A stretch of DNA of 64,000 bases, from positions 9,920,001-9,984,000 of the forward strand of contig OZ249436.1 in NCBI GenBank assembly GCA_965235115.1. The letters run 5' to 3'. Origin of the DNA: Laetmonice hystrix (Eukaryota). Under the pieces are notes generated by a model. It was given only the letters and a program-made list of their open reading frames with translations, did no database searches and was not told the DNA's origin. Below are positions 36,101-48,946 of the stretch, one piece after another. Position 1 is the first letter of the stretch. Every line of letters starts with the position of its first letter. The translations under genes were made by a program, and so were the position numbers.

Positions 36101-39100
36101 TCAGCACAGCAGTAAAGTCAAGTCTGACCTGATGGAACATATTTTTAGTAGACCAAAGGTCGAAACAGTACAAGACTTAACCTATGTTCAAGCCATCAGG
36201 GGAGTAGCTGAACGTTACGAAATGACCGTCGTGGTGAGCGTGTAATGCCAGGTGGCAGGTTCAATCCCCATAACATATCTAACGGGATGAACGCCTTCAA
36301 ATGATCACCGTCGTGTAAAGTTAGGGCTAGTGGTTTGTGACCGTGTTGATGTAAGGTAGATGTTGCCAGGAGAAACGATTGGAATGAATGGGTCAGGCTG
36401 AGTGAGACAAACGTTCGCAGAGCGCGCACCGCGGCGTACATCACTTTACAACTGCTGCCTGGTGAAAATTCTCGGAAAGTTCTGGCCATTCTGTGTCTCT
36501 CGTCTATAGAAATGATGGCTTGTTTAGCCTATAAAACAAAGCTATTAAGGGTAATGCATAGAAGTCTGGCTGTCGCCTGAATCATTGCTGCGGCAAGTGT
36601 AGCGTATTTTTGGTTTTAAAAAGAAGCGCTTATTAAATTTCTAGGAAAGGCTCACGTCGTGACCCAAACCGTCGTGCTCCAGACAGCCGAGACCCCAAAG
36701 GAACATCCATCCTGGTGAAAAATATCATACATAATAAATGGCAGGAAGGCTCGCGTGCCATATATTTCCACTTCTCTAATCAGTGTTTCCGCGTTTAGGA
36801 GACGACCCCAGTGGCCCCCAATCAGGTGTTAGGTTGTTCAGATTTGTCTCACAATTGTATCTGTGGCACACGGCAATGACTTATGGGATTTTAAAAATGT
36901 ATGACATCATATTCATCTCCCACCATTAGCCGTCACATCCTCGTAAAGCTCCTGGGCTTTGAATTTTCAAGGTAGGACATAGGATTACAATTATCCCATG
37001 TCAAAGTGTGTACCTGTGCATTCATTCCTGAATGTAGGTTGTTAGGTTTGTATCCATTTCAATATTGTCAACAGCTGCTGAAAAGTCCAGGTAGTTTTAC
37101 CCAGTAGTTTCTCTGTTCGACAAAAGAAGGAGGCCCTGGGATGGCTGGGGAGGCCGTCTAGACCCTAATCCTACCACATTCACCGCTCACTGCCCATGTG
37201 AGAATTCCCTTAAAGGTTACTTCCAAAAGAAAGTACAAATTATGCGTGGAAGGTTCTCGGTGGGAGATTGAAGTAGAAGCGTTAGTGATTGGCAGGAGTC
37301 TGGTGCCGTATTAAGACTCTGCCTGCTGCAGCAGCTGACCAAATGAAAATGTTCGCCCTGTACGTGACGCCAGTTAATGAAGCACCTCGGCGGCCGGACC
37401 TCGGCGGGGCCATTAGCCACGATCGCTGTTAGTGTCGGGATCAGCCAGGCTACGTCCGAGCCGCGAAGGGGCCGGGGGGGGGGAGGGAGGGGGGAACCGT
37501 CCACGTGTGGGCCTTGATCAGCGCTGTTAATGGCCGACTGGCAGAGGGCATTGAGGTACCAAAGGTAGGACACCGGATTAGAGTGGAAAGTGCTTCGACG
37601 GGCTCATGTGGACATCTCATCTGCTCAATTACGCCTGCTCAGTGGCCCTTTGAAGGTGGCTTTGTACACGACAACAAAGCCAGGGTTGGGATCTACAAAG
37701 CTGGGCCGGCGTGGTTTAGGATTAGGGCTTTAGGGATTCAGGCTCTGAAGTAGTTCACAGCCTCGGACTTCTAGAGAAGTATTCTCGCACGTCGCCTCTA
37801 CGTCAAACACCATTGGATGGAGGGAGGCTTCAGGTGTGGGCCTTGCAATGAGAGGTTCTCTAGTCAGGCCCTATCTCGGTAATGTGGGAACTGGTGATTG
37901 GAGGTGATTATCCTATTATGTAAGGTCCTGACCTCTTGACATTCTCCCGGTTCATAATGGTGGCGGTTAAGGAGAAGATCTTGGCTGAGGTCAGCGCCAC
38001 CACGTGACTCGAGTATGCTAAACGCCCCACCTGTCACTATCCATTTGTACATTCTAAACTAACAAGTACACTCAGTTGTCCACAGGCAACTTGATACATT
38101 AACTATAGTAGACTTCGATTGCAATGCTAACGGCACGTCTAATGCACCGGCTAACTATTTCAAGGATATTTTACGACTCGAAGGAATCGACGCTCTGGCC
38201 TATGATATATAGGTCACCAAAACTTCTGGTTTCCCTAGAAAAAAAAAACAGTTGATTTTTTTATTCTGACACTTATCCCTGATGTGAATTAATTTTTTAG
38301 CATTAAATACATTAGTTATTTAATCTATTACTTTCAGCGATCTTTTGTCGTTTGACTTGTCTGTCTTCGGACGAAGAAGCCGGCCAGCGAAGTTGGCTGG
38401 CCCTTCAGCATCGTATGTACAATTTATGTTTGAAGATACCCCAGTAATGTAAAGAAAGTCTTTTTGTTGTAGGCTGGAAGACGCCGAGTTGTGATAATTA
38501 GACCATTTGGAAGTCGTACTGATCCCAGGCGAACTGGGGACAAGGAAGATCTTTCAACAGCCAAGTGCCTTTGAAGCAAACCGTCAGCCTGCTCGGATCA
38601 CAGCAGGAACGCTGTCCACCAGCTGTCTGGCATATGTCATCAGAGAACTTCTGCTGCACACATGAAAGACCCGCGATCAGGTCGCCATGAACTCTGTTAT
38701 AGCCAAAATTTTGCACAAGTTGGGTTTTATTTTGGGAGCGGCGCGACCTTGCTTTCTCCCGGCCCGTTGTTACCAGCAATGACCTCGTGTATGTCCTGAA
38801 CGCAGGGTTTCAGATGGAAGGCTCGGTGGCTAACGGAACTTCCCACAACTTGTTACAGAAAATATATTTTCCTACTGCCGAAGTTCATATTCGCCTCTGT
38901 ACTTCATTTCATTCCGCTTTAAAACTTCCGTATTTTACAAAGTCTTTGTCTGTTCATGATATTAACTAATAAACCGAAGCAATATGACTTGGATATAAAT
39001 ACATGTGTGTGCTAAACTAGAAATTCGTGAGACGTTCGCATTCGAATACGACGTCTTAACTTCTCAAATTCTAGTAGTACGTCCTTGTTTATTAAACAGA

Positions 39101-42100
39101 GGAATGTGGGTAAAACAATATTAGCTTCATGCAATAACAACAACAGAAAGTCGAGTGTACATAAATTATGATGTATTTATTGTAACAAAACTGGTATTAG
39201 CGTATTACACATTGAATGGGTTTGGTGGCACCTCCAGTCTCCATACACACATACACACCTCAGTGAGGAGACGACCAGGGTGCCACCGGACGCCACGTCA
39301 AGCCGCATCACGTCGCGCTACGCCACGTCAACTCGCGTCACAACAACTGACGTTGTTGTGAGTGGTTGTAAAGTACGGTAGCCTATAAGGACATGTCATT
39401 TCGATGTTGGTACACGACGTGTAGGCCTGTATAGGTTGGTGTACGAGCGTGCATCCACGCGTGAGAGAGAATATGTCATGTACGTACTGAGTTATGCGCC
39501 GTCTCGGCCTGATGTGGACCTTCATGAATTAAAGCTATATTTGTTTATTAAACACAGTCGATCTTGTCTTGTCCAGGTAGATTCCCTCTGAATCCATTCT
39601 CTAAGTTCTCTGACTTACAAAACCTGTCAGCATCCTGATTGTAGCAATGGTACGATGGAGGATATTTGAAAAAATGCCGCCGTTTCATGTCCAAATGCTA
39701 TAAGTTACATTACATCGCCATGTAGTAATGAATATTTGTTTGCTTGTGATTTTTATGTCGTTAACTTTGTCGGGGATAAAGCTTTAAAATATCAGAAGAC
39801 AGATGGATATTGGGAGATAAGTTGAAATTATTGCTTGAGGAATACACGACTGTGCATCGCGCCACGACCAGTTCTGATATTGCTTTGAGCTTTCCTACAA
39901 AGACGGAAATAAGGAAATACATGGAAGGTGGATTTACGCACATCGTATATTAAATACGAAATGTAAAGGACGGGAACTAGTGTACATTGTGTAGATACGA
40001 AATGTAAAGAAGGAGAATTACTGCACATCGTAGATTAAGAACCTCACGTGGATATCTGACTATGTAAACGACAGCCGAGGTTACGTTATGATACTGACAC
40101 GGTTCGAATCAGCAGTCCAACCACTGAAGGTAGACTGCAGCTACTTACAGTATACATTGTTAAGTACAACTAGTCATAGTTATCAATACTAACAGTTACA
40201 CCTACACGTCGTCGTCAGCTGGGGGTTAGGTGATCTATCGTACGGCACTAGACGAGCTATAAAAATAATGCCTCCACAACACAGTGCGGCCCGGGTAGAT
40301 GTGTTACTGTCAAGTACACGCAGCATTAACGGGTTGCTTTCACATTGGCCGCATCATAGTCAATTGTACAGTTTACAACTATGCACCTTCGTCTGTACAG
40401 GGGACATGTATAATACTATAATCACCAGCTTCCATTATTATATATAGTAATAAGGATAAGTACTAAATTATATTTTCAACCTGTCTGGACACATTAATGT
40501 CTCAGTTTTCTCTCAACCTCGCACTTTATACAAGAATACAGCGCGCTGTATTAATTATTATTATTAGGGTAAAGACATGGGTAAATTACGTTGTAACGGG
40601 TTAGAGATAATTACAGCTGGACCCGATTACATACCAGACACAACTCCACCTTACAAAGTTAAATATATCAACAAAATATTCTCTATCGCGCAGCTAGGTA
40701 TTCACGTGCTTTGTAACATGAGCACAGCGATTCAATATCATATGGGTAGAAGGATATCGTCATTACGGCCTCAGGCTTGCTGTCATAAATAAACACTACT
40801 GAGTATCATAAAGCAGGTGGATAGAACGCGTTGTCTTGGGAACCCATCCAACCTGTCTAGTATATAATATACATAGATACCATCTTAGCCCGTATTCTAG
40901 TGTCCTACCGTAGCCTGTGTTGATACTTTTATTGACACGTCCATTGAAACATTCACTTCCTTCCTCAATTATCTGCTGATGTTCCAAGTGCTAACAACTA
41001 TTTTTTTGACATACTGGCTCACGGTACAAACGTTTAGTATTGTGGTTGAGGTGATTAAGTCATGAGAGGTTTGAGAGTAAAATTGAATTTGATCTTGATA
41101 AAAACCGAATGCGGTAGAAAATTAAATTACCTTAAATTGAATACAATCAGACATTATCGATTAATCTCAGCCGGCAGTCGGTGTTTTAGTAGTCGATTGT
41201 TTCTAATTGTTAAGCCATAACACTGAACATGGTTTTCACATTTCATTCATTGTTGGGGGCCTGTGCACAACGAGAATCATGAAAGTCCTACAAGTCTAGA
41301 CTGAAAAGCTCCTCAGTTCAACATTATCACAGAGAAATGGATTTTGGGCCCCTTGCGCTCTTGCCGATAGGGTAGATTTACATTGAATAAGTTTGTGCCT
41401 TAAACTCCTTGGATAATACTTCTGCCAGATGAACACAAGGGTTTCCTGTTCAACATGATAATTTTGATACATTGGGTTCGAGAGGTCATTTTTAAATACC
41501 TCCGAATGAACCCGATACGACAGGCGGGCGGTAGGCATTTGAAGTCCCGATCTAAAGTGAAGGGAGCCTTCATCTGTGGGCGTGCTCCATGCAGAGGAGT
41601 CCTTGTCGCTTAGTATAAATTACAAGGAAGTCAGGGGAGGTCTGCAAGGTTGGCCATCAAAGCTGCTTGGTGTTGTGAGGCCATCTGGAATAGTGATTTA
41701 ACGATGGTTCACGTGAGGCTCGCCAGCGCACTGGTCGTCGGCCGCGCCAGTTCTGGGTGACGGCCTCCGCCCAGCCAGTTAACGGCTCCCCGCCCGCCGC
41801 CGGCCCTGCCTCACCCGTCACAAAACGGATGGGCCTGGTCACCGGCCAGCAACACTTGCTCTGCAAAACTTCCCCCAAACTCTGGCCAACACCGCAGCAC
41901 CTTCCCAAAAATCTTTCAGGGTTTGGAAAACGGAGGTATCTTTCCAAGTGTCACAAATGATCTCTATATGTATGCAAATCGTAGGCCTATACATGCGCAT
42001 TCTACGATATAGGATTAAATACCCCTCCATACCTTTCAAATCAGTAGAACCTACGTTAGAGCCTGCGCATGTCCCATATAACTTTGTGTATTATTTATGT

Positions 42101-43377
42101 TTCACACATGTGGTTGCTATCGGAACTTCGCACTACTTCTAACATCCTAATCAGCGGAGATGGATACCATATGACACGAGCTATGAGATTCTCTTTGTGT
42201 GGACCGTCAGGTCCGTGGCACCCTAGCACGCGCCAACACTTTTTACCGAGCAACCATACGAACGCCGCTACACGGCCGGTGCCTGTGTCTACAATACCCA
42301 TTTAGGAAACCTCTTTGAGCGTTTGAAATATAATAGAAACGAACCAGACTCGAGTAATGCACATGTATTTTAACTTGTCATATCAACACTTTCGCACTTG
42401 AACTCGGGTGACTTACATGTGTGACGGTCTAAGAACAGATTATCTTAAGAAACCAATTACATAACCTTTTATGACATTTCATTGTTCGTAACCTTTTTTT
42501 TGGAAACCTTCTACATCCTAAAAAAACCGGACCTGGACCAACATCGTATGCAAGCTTGAATTCCATGGAAACATTGTGTTTCACTTCCAACGCTACACTG
42601 GGATTAATAAGGGATAGTTTCGAGTTTAAATACGTGTAGAAGTGAGATGAATTACTTAGTGCTTGCAGGATTGTACATCCAGTAGACGGTCCTGACGGAC
42701 CAAACAATATGCACAAGATGGGGTGAGCCCGTGTAACCTATAGGATAAATAATATATACACATAATTGAAGAAACGACGCAGTTCATAATAATTATTATA
42801 TCAGCTGATTTTGTTCCTTGCGGAGAACAGGGATCTGTCCATTTTGACGAGAGGTTCTCCTTGACGGCCTTCCTTTGTTCTATCCAGAACAAGTTCCACA
42901 GTCGGACTTCAATGTCACTTCACGACGAGTGATTATTATGCATTTCTTACATTAAGTCAGCAGACGAGACAACGGTGAGACTTTGAAGTCCAACAGGCAA
43001 TCCATGGCAACTGAAGGTGGAAGTCTGGACGCCTAAGTCTGGACAGAGTACGTTATCTCTGATAACGGGTAGGTTCTAGAGGTGTTTCTAGACACACACC
43101 GCACATCTCCTGACGGAGAGCATGTTACGGTGGAGTCAGAGAAAGCAGTCGTTCCGCTGGCAGCTGTAAGCCTTAGGTAAACTAGATACATGTTTTTCAT
43201 GTATTATGTGTTCATGTAATTTCCATTGCTCGCCACCATAATATAGCTCCATGGGTGACTTTGTCCTTTGAGTTATAATACTTAAATTAAACATACGTGC
43301 TTGTGGGATATAGTCATCTACCAGCAGTCTGGTTCAACTGTAGACAGGTACACAGTTAAAGAATCTCATCGGATAGT

Positions 43378-43383
43378 TTTATT
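43378..43383 (-). other. Possible proximal netrin polyadenylation signal (AATAAA)
   Basis: First AATAAA I saw on the - strand, about 285 nt past the stop. Further candidates lie near 40.9 kb and 39.1-39.6 kb, so the 3' UTR could be much longer. Confidence 0.3.
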
Positions 43384-43666
43384 GATGTCGTAGGGATTCT
43401 CCTTGGGTTGAATACCGATATCCCATGTTTGTTTTCTGATTGTCCTAGTCTGGTATTGAGTCCTACAAAAACCACGAGTGTCACAGATATCAACTTTGGC
43501 TCAGTTCACTGCAGCCTAGATAAAGAAGATACAGTGGTGCTGACGACCCCGCTGGTGGTGGCTGACGTATACGTCCTGGGACTGTCCACTCCATGCTTGG
43601 CCGCCAGGATAACGTGAGGATCGGTTAGTTGTGGCTGGAGGGGCCGGGAGGGGGAGAGATCCCACC

Positions 43667-43828
43667 TCAGCACCGCCCCTTCCGTTCGTATCGCTGGAAA
43701 CGTTTTAGCCGTCGCTGCCACTCATCCTGCCATGGAATGACGATACTCTTGCGGTCGAGCGTGATGCCACTCCGATTGCTCGTTTTGTTGTCCCTGCTGA
43801 TGATCAGGTATCGTCTGTGTAAACGAAT
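43667..43828 (-). CDS. Ntn: Netrin last coding exon (162 nt including stop)
   Basis: ttttttcacag|ATT CGT TTA...TGC TGA. Encodes IRLHRRYLIISRDNKTSNRSGITLDRKSIVIPWQDEWQRRLKRFQRYERKGRC*, the basic netrin C-terminus. Confidence 0.95.
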   Translation of the reverse strand: MRLHRRYLIISRDNKTSNRSGITLDRKSIVIPWQDEWQRRLKRFQRYERKGRC

Positions 43829-45798
43829 CTGTGAAAAAACAATAACACGTGATATCAAACGTTACGACAATATACATGTGCAGGGCCCAACTTTTGATTT
43901 TAATCTTAATGTTTATGATTGGCTGGCCTTTGCAGATCAACCAATGAGAACCGTTTAGCTTAAACATGAACCGGGCCCTGTGTAATATGTATGGCCAGGT
44001 TCGAGCAGGCTTTCAGCATTGGCATTTCATTCTGCAAGGATCACACAGGACATAATTAGGCCTATAGCGTATGTAGCTATTATCGTTCTCTGTAGTGTTC
44101 CAGAAGGAAGGGTTCCTTCTTTCTAGGATAAAAGCAATCCAATTCATTATACAAGTCCCTCCTGTGATACAGTCACTATATGCGGAGTGTCCAGAGTGGC
44201 GATTTCATATTTTACTGAAAGAAGTAAGCAGAAACAACAGCCAATGCTTGGCTGGAACCAGCAGCGGTCCCTACCAGTCCTAACTCCCACTGGCTGATGT
44301 AACTGGTACTTTGGTCGTAACTGTGGGCGATACCTCCTCAAGTTAGAAACAGACATAAAATCTGAACGTGTCAAACTGCATGGTTATAGTCCGATTTTGG
44401 GTCTATATCGATTGATATCTTATAGGGCCTAGTTATATCCTGCTCAATACAACCTAGAACCTTACGGAGTTGATTTCACGCCAGTCTTTGGTAAATGTCT
44501 GTTGTGTTGTTAGTCACACCATGCAAACCTAGAGATTACTAAAAGTACTGCGACGGGATACTGCATGCTTTAACTGTCATGTCGATTCCAGTTTACAACC
44601 ATCACGAAATTACGGATTTTTGATACGTTGCATCTTGCGGGGATGACCATCGTATTCTTATTGGTGTGAACGCTGCAATGTGTAATGATTATTCTAGTGT
44701 GTATGGTATAGTCTAAAACGACCCACAGAAGTAATATTTCTATTTGATCAGTTCGTCTATAGAGAGGGCTGAACGCAGAGAGTTTCTGACGAACCTAGAG
44801 CCCTCTTTGCCTTACATCATGCAAATAATTAGGTCAATGTAACCAGAGTAGGTATACGCCCGTTAGCACTAAGTTTAACTTAATTTCTCCCATGCATTTC
44901 ACTATGTGTTGTAAAAATCGTACGAAAAACTGTCAAAGTCTTAACGATATAGATCAGAAGTGTTCATTAATAGAACTTAATGTTCTGTTTCTGAACATCA
45001 TTCTGAAAGATTTGAAATAAATCGCAATATTTCTATAAGGATATTGTTAAACTCATTTCAATTTGAGATAAAAACTTGAAAAAATAAATTACATTTTCAG
45101 AATCAATTTGAGTTCAACCTTCATCAAAATATTGCGATTATTCCATTAAACTATTAATGGTGCAATAGCACTTGATTTGTTAGTGGCAAAATATTCAAGG
45201 TTTATTCTCTGCCGGTGATGACAATGAGTGCACAAAATGTCTTCCACCACTAGCATTATAAAGCTCATGATGAATTGTCGCCCATGTCTGTTCAAATTAA
45301 TACTTCCTCTTCGCAAAAACCCTCAGATTCCTAGTTCCTTGAAACATGCGAAAGCCTCATGAAATGTCAGATTCTTTCCACTTAAATCAAAACGCTCCAT
45401 GCTGGAGCATGTTAGAAAACTTTCATGCGTCAGCAAAACCAAATCATGCAAAGAAACTGTCTCAGAACACTGGCCTACCGATAAATGTTGTATAGCTGTT
45501 TTTGATTTGCCTCTTCCCTGTTGTGAGACAAAAAAGTTTGGAATGTAAACGCAATGATTGAAAAAAAGGATTTTGTTGTGCCACGATTTCTACCGACGGT
45601 GTTACCTATAAAGAAATGGCGTAATAAATCAGAGGTAATTTCCAACTATATTTCACGTTTTTCTCCCCCCAGTTCAAGCTCGGGTCTGTGTGTTTCCCTG
45701 AAATATTGAGCTGGGCGTTTTATTCCATTAAGGGTATAGCTGAGCTCAGAGATTTTCTACCCGGGAGATTGAATGTGAAAGAATTATCGATATGTTAC

Positions 45799-45956
45799 CT
45801 TAGGGCATTTACACATGAGGTCGGACATGGCCACCCAGATGACATGTTCTCCACGTCCTACTTTGTTTCCTCCCAGTTTGTAGACTGTGATGACGTTAAC
45901 CGTGAACTTCACCCACTCATTCACCGTCTCCCGTCTCTCCACCTCCGCCTGGATCG
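45799..45956 (-). CDS. Ntn: Netrin exon, NTR domain core (158 nt)
   Basis: cgcctcctag|CG ATC CAG...CCT AAG|GTAACA. Encodes (A)IQAEVERRETVNEWVKFTVNVITVYKLGGNKVGRGEHVIWVAMSDLMCKCPK. Confidence 0.95.
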
Positions 45957-47833
45957 CTAGGAGGCGAAAACAAAGAAATAAATCACAAGGAAAACGTTAA
46001 AGAAGGTATGCAACAACAAATTATTTGAGGTCTTGGAGAATACTAGTAGGCATGGGCATATTTCACAAAGATTACTCATGGAAAGGAAGTACAGTATAGT
46101 TACGTTTGAAAGCCGCTACTTATGTTTGCGTGTCTACGGATCATAAGTTCTAACCCCATCATTGAACATAAAAAAAAATAATCCGCGAGGATAATTGTTT
46201 CTATGTCTATTATTCACATCAATATAAGTCTCATACAGGCCTCCGAGCGTTTGTTTGTGTGAACGGCTATTTTGGCCTCTCTTAAATTTTCTGAAGATAA
46301 TGCTAAGGTCAAGACACGTCATTCAATTTTACATGCTAATGAAGTTATCTGGAGAACATTTTAACATCACTTCTTGTGAGGACTCAGTGAGACAATTCGT
46401 AAATAAAAACCCAAGCAGTTTTATCTTTTACTTTGCTAGAAGTTGTCCAAATATAATTTCACTTTTTATAAAATCTCTCCTTAATCAAGCTGAACACAAC
46501 AGGCATAATAATCGTGATGTCGAACCATAACAATGGAAAGAAAATGAAATGCTTCGAACATGTCAGATGGGAATCTATTAGCAGCCTTATCGTTTGCAGC
46601 CAGCTGCTCGGAGATCGGACCATGGCGTCATAACTATGTACGATTCTAGGAGAATATTGACGTCCTATCCAACCGCTAGTCCAAATCTGAGCTGAATAAT
46701 GATAACTTAGTAGAACAGATTCAGTATTCTACTAGACTGAAAAACTTGAACAACTACGCCGACCAACGCGCAATGGAACTCGAACGGTATACAGTTATTT
46801 GCCGATGTAGAAGTAATACTCTACGTCTTTTGACATTATGCTGGTGAACAATATCGATAAGAGACACTGCATAATATGATAGAACTGCCCATTATGTTGT
46901 AGGCCTAAACAAGAACCTTTGGATAGAAACCGATCATATAGGGGCCTAGATTTTCGTAAGGAGTGAAGATGGACCGCGCCTGGAAGCTGTCAACAGCAGG
47001 CGTGTAGTAGCCAAGCCGGCCGGTATGCTGCAACATGACAAACTGCAGCACGCCTCCCGTTTTACAACAGAGAGCCGTGCTTCAGAACACCGACCTCCCA
47101 GACTTCTTACAAATCTCTACAACTCCAATCACCCTGGACAGTCACTTAGTTCCGCTTGCACTGACGAACCCCATAACCGATTTTCTTATTCAGGCGCTGA
47201 AACTTCACACAAACTTGGCCACCCGACTACAGATGGGAAAATAATCAATTTGTTTGTGGAAGGGTAGTTTTCTGTATTTTTAGAGGTGGTGGTCGGGGTG
47301 TCCGCGAACGGACGATCGTCTGGTCTGCCATATTTATCTTGCCGCCAGGAGGCGAGCGCCAAACACGTCACCCCTGAACTTTGAGCACCAGTTGCCGCCC
47401 CATACACATCCCTAACTTTCAGTTCGACTAACATCCTTATAGGCCTAGATCAGGAGGCAAGCCGGATTATCGTATCATGGACTCCACACTGATTAGTCAT
47501 CGTTAATTACTAATAACGCTCGGCAAATAGTTGGCATAACAAATTGTTGAGGAAACCGCCTTGCGCCAGAGAGAGGGTTAACACATTCTGTAAAGAAACC
47601 AAGAAGGCCCTGAGTTGTAAATGGTTCTATGACATGGTATCAGTCTCTTTAAGAAAATACCGACCTCGCTTATCGGAGTGCTTTAGGTATATGCTGCCTC
47701 GAAAAAGTGTGAGGCCTATGACGGTGAGTCAAACGGAGCGGCGACGGCCGTACGCCAGGAGAACCGAGTCAATGTTATGATTGTAACCTGTTGCCATCGC
47801 CAACTATTGAGCGGTATTTATGCGCGCTTATAG

Positions 47834-47871
47834 TCCGCAGGTGTCGCCTTGCGCTCTGCACCAGGGGGCGC
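47834..47871 (+). promoter_or_regulatory. Two adjacent CTCF-like motifs in a netrin intron
   Basis: TCCGCAGGTGTCGC (47834-47847) and GCACCAGGGGGCGC (47858-47871) resemble the CCACCAG(G/A)(G/T)GGCGC core; motif match only. Confidence 0.45.
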
Positions 47872-48880
47872 AGTCTGTACAAACACCCGTACGAGGAAAG
47901 GACGCCAAGACCCGGCCATGGTGGACACGTAGCCGACTGCTCTGTCTATTCTAACCGACAGACTTGTTCACGTGGGCACGAGGCTGGGATGAACGCAGCC
48001 GAGTTCACGTAGACAGTTGTATAGGGGTAATGCTGGGCGGATAAAGGCAGACATGTTCAAGTCTGGGGGTCAGGATGCTATACCTGCAGCTAAAGGTTAA
48101 CAGGTGCGGGATTCTTTTCGACCTCAACATTTCAAACATGTTGTCGTGTGAAACGGCACACCCTGCTACCGAATGGATCTATTCCATGTGGCAGCACTGC
48201 TGATCATTTAGCCCTGCAGGATCTCTTCTTACAAAACGACCTGAGATTCGAAAGACATCGAAATAGTAAAACAACAACTTTGTTCTTCGACGCAAAAGAT
48301 CGCTGATATCCAAACACACAGAAATGTTGTACTTTTGACCCAAGGAGTTCTTCCAAATAATAAACGCACAGATTGTTGAAGATGAAGACAGGTCTGAGGG
48401 TGATCTTACTCGGGCGATATTTGGATGCTGAGTGACACAAAATGGGTGAGGGGTCCACGGCAGGTTGACCAACACGACCACACGAGAATATTACCTTCAC
48501 GAAGCACGCAATATGTGGGCGGAGAGGTGTTTGATTGCAGGCACGACAGTTCTGGGACATTTCTCTAGATTCAGAGAGACTTGTCTGCTGCCTCTGGCGA
48601 TCTTAATGACCTACTGTGAAGGGTTCTGGTAGAGTTTAGATATCCTAGTGCCAGCGTTAGCTTGCCACTTCAAGGATACAGAGGAGGTCTCTGAACACGT
48701 CAAATGAATTTGCTGGTTCACCCTTCAGTATTCTGAAGATCAACTGGCTATTTCTGCTCGCAAAAGGGGCAAGCCTTGATATTACCTTGCAAGAGAGATT
48801 GACTTTTGAAAATAAAATCAAATAAGAACATTTTCAGTGACTGCTGTGTAGCAGTTGGCGCCATAATTTGTAGTACTTAC

Positions 48881-48946
48881 CGAAGTCACGTCTGCAGTAC
48901 TTGTGGATATTAACCTTCCGACTCGCCGCTTTACATTTGCCACAAT
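48881..48946 (-). CDS. Ntn: Netrin exon, start of the NTR/C345C domain (66 nt)
   Basis: ttattttgcag|AT TGT GGC AAA TGT...TTC G|GTAAGT. Encodes (D)CGKCKAASRKVNIHKYCRRDF(A); compare netrin-1 KINMKKYCKKDYA. Confidence 0.95.

Noticed and set aside
33170-36280. B-box-like words (GGTTCAGTCC at about 33195 on -, GGTTCAATCCC at about 36258) suggesting tRNA or SINE heads
   Set aside because: No cloverleaf or convincing A box; at most highly decayed SINE fragments.
43622-43669. Stop-codon readthrough of netrin
   Set aside because: The TGA lacks a CTAG readthrough context and the frame closes again after 13 codons.
43722-43814. Alternative netrin acceptor ACACAG at 43814 giving a TIPDHQQGQQ... C-terminus
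   Set aside because: It is out of frame with the preceding exon and would lose the conserved NTR end; the acceptor at 43828 restores the homologous frame.
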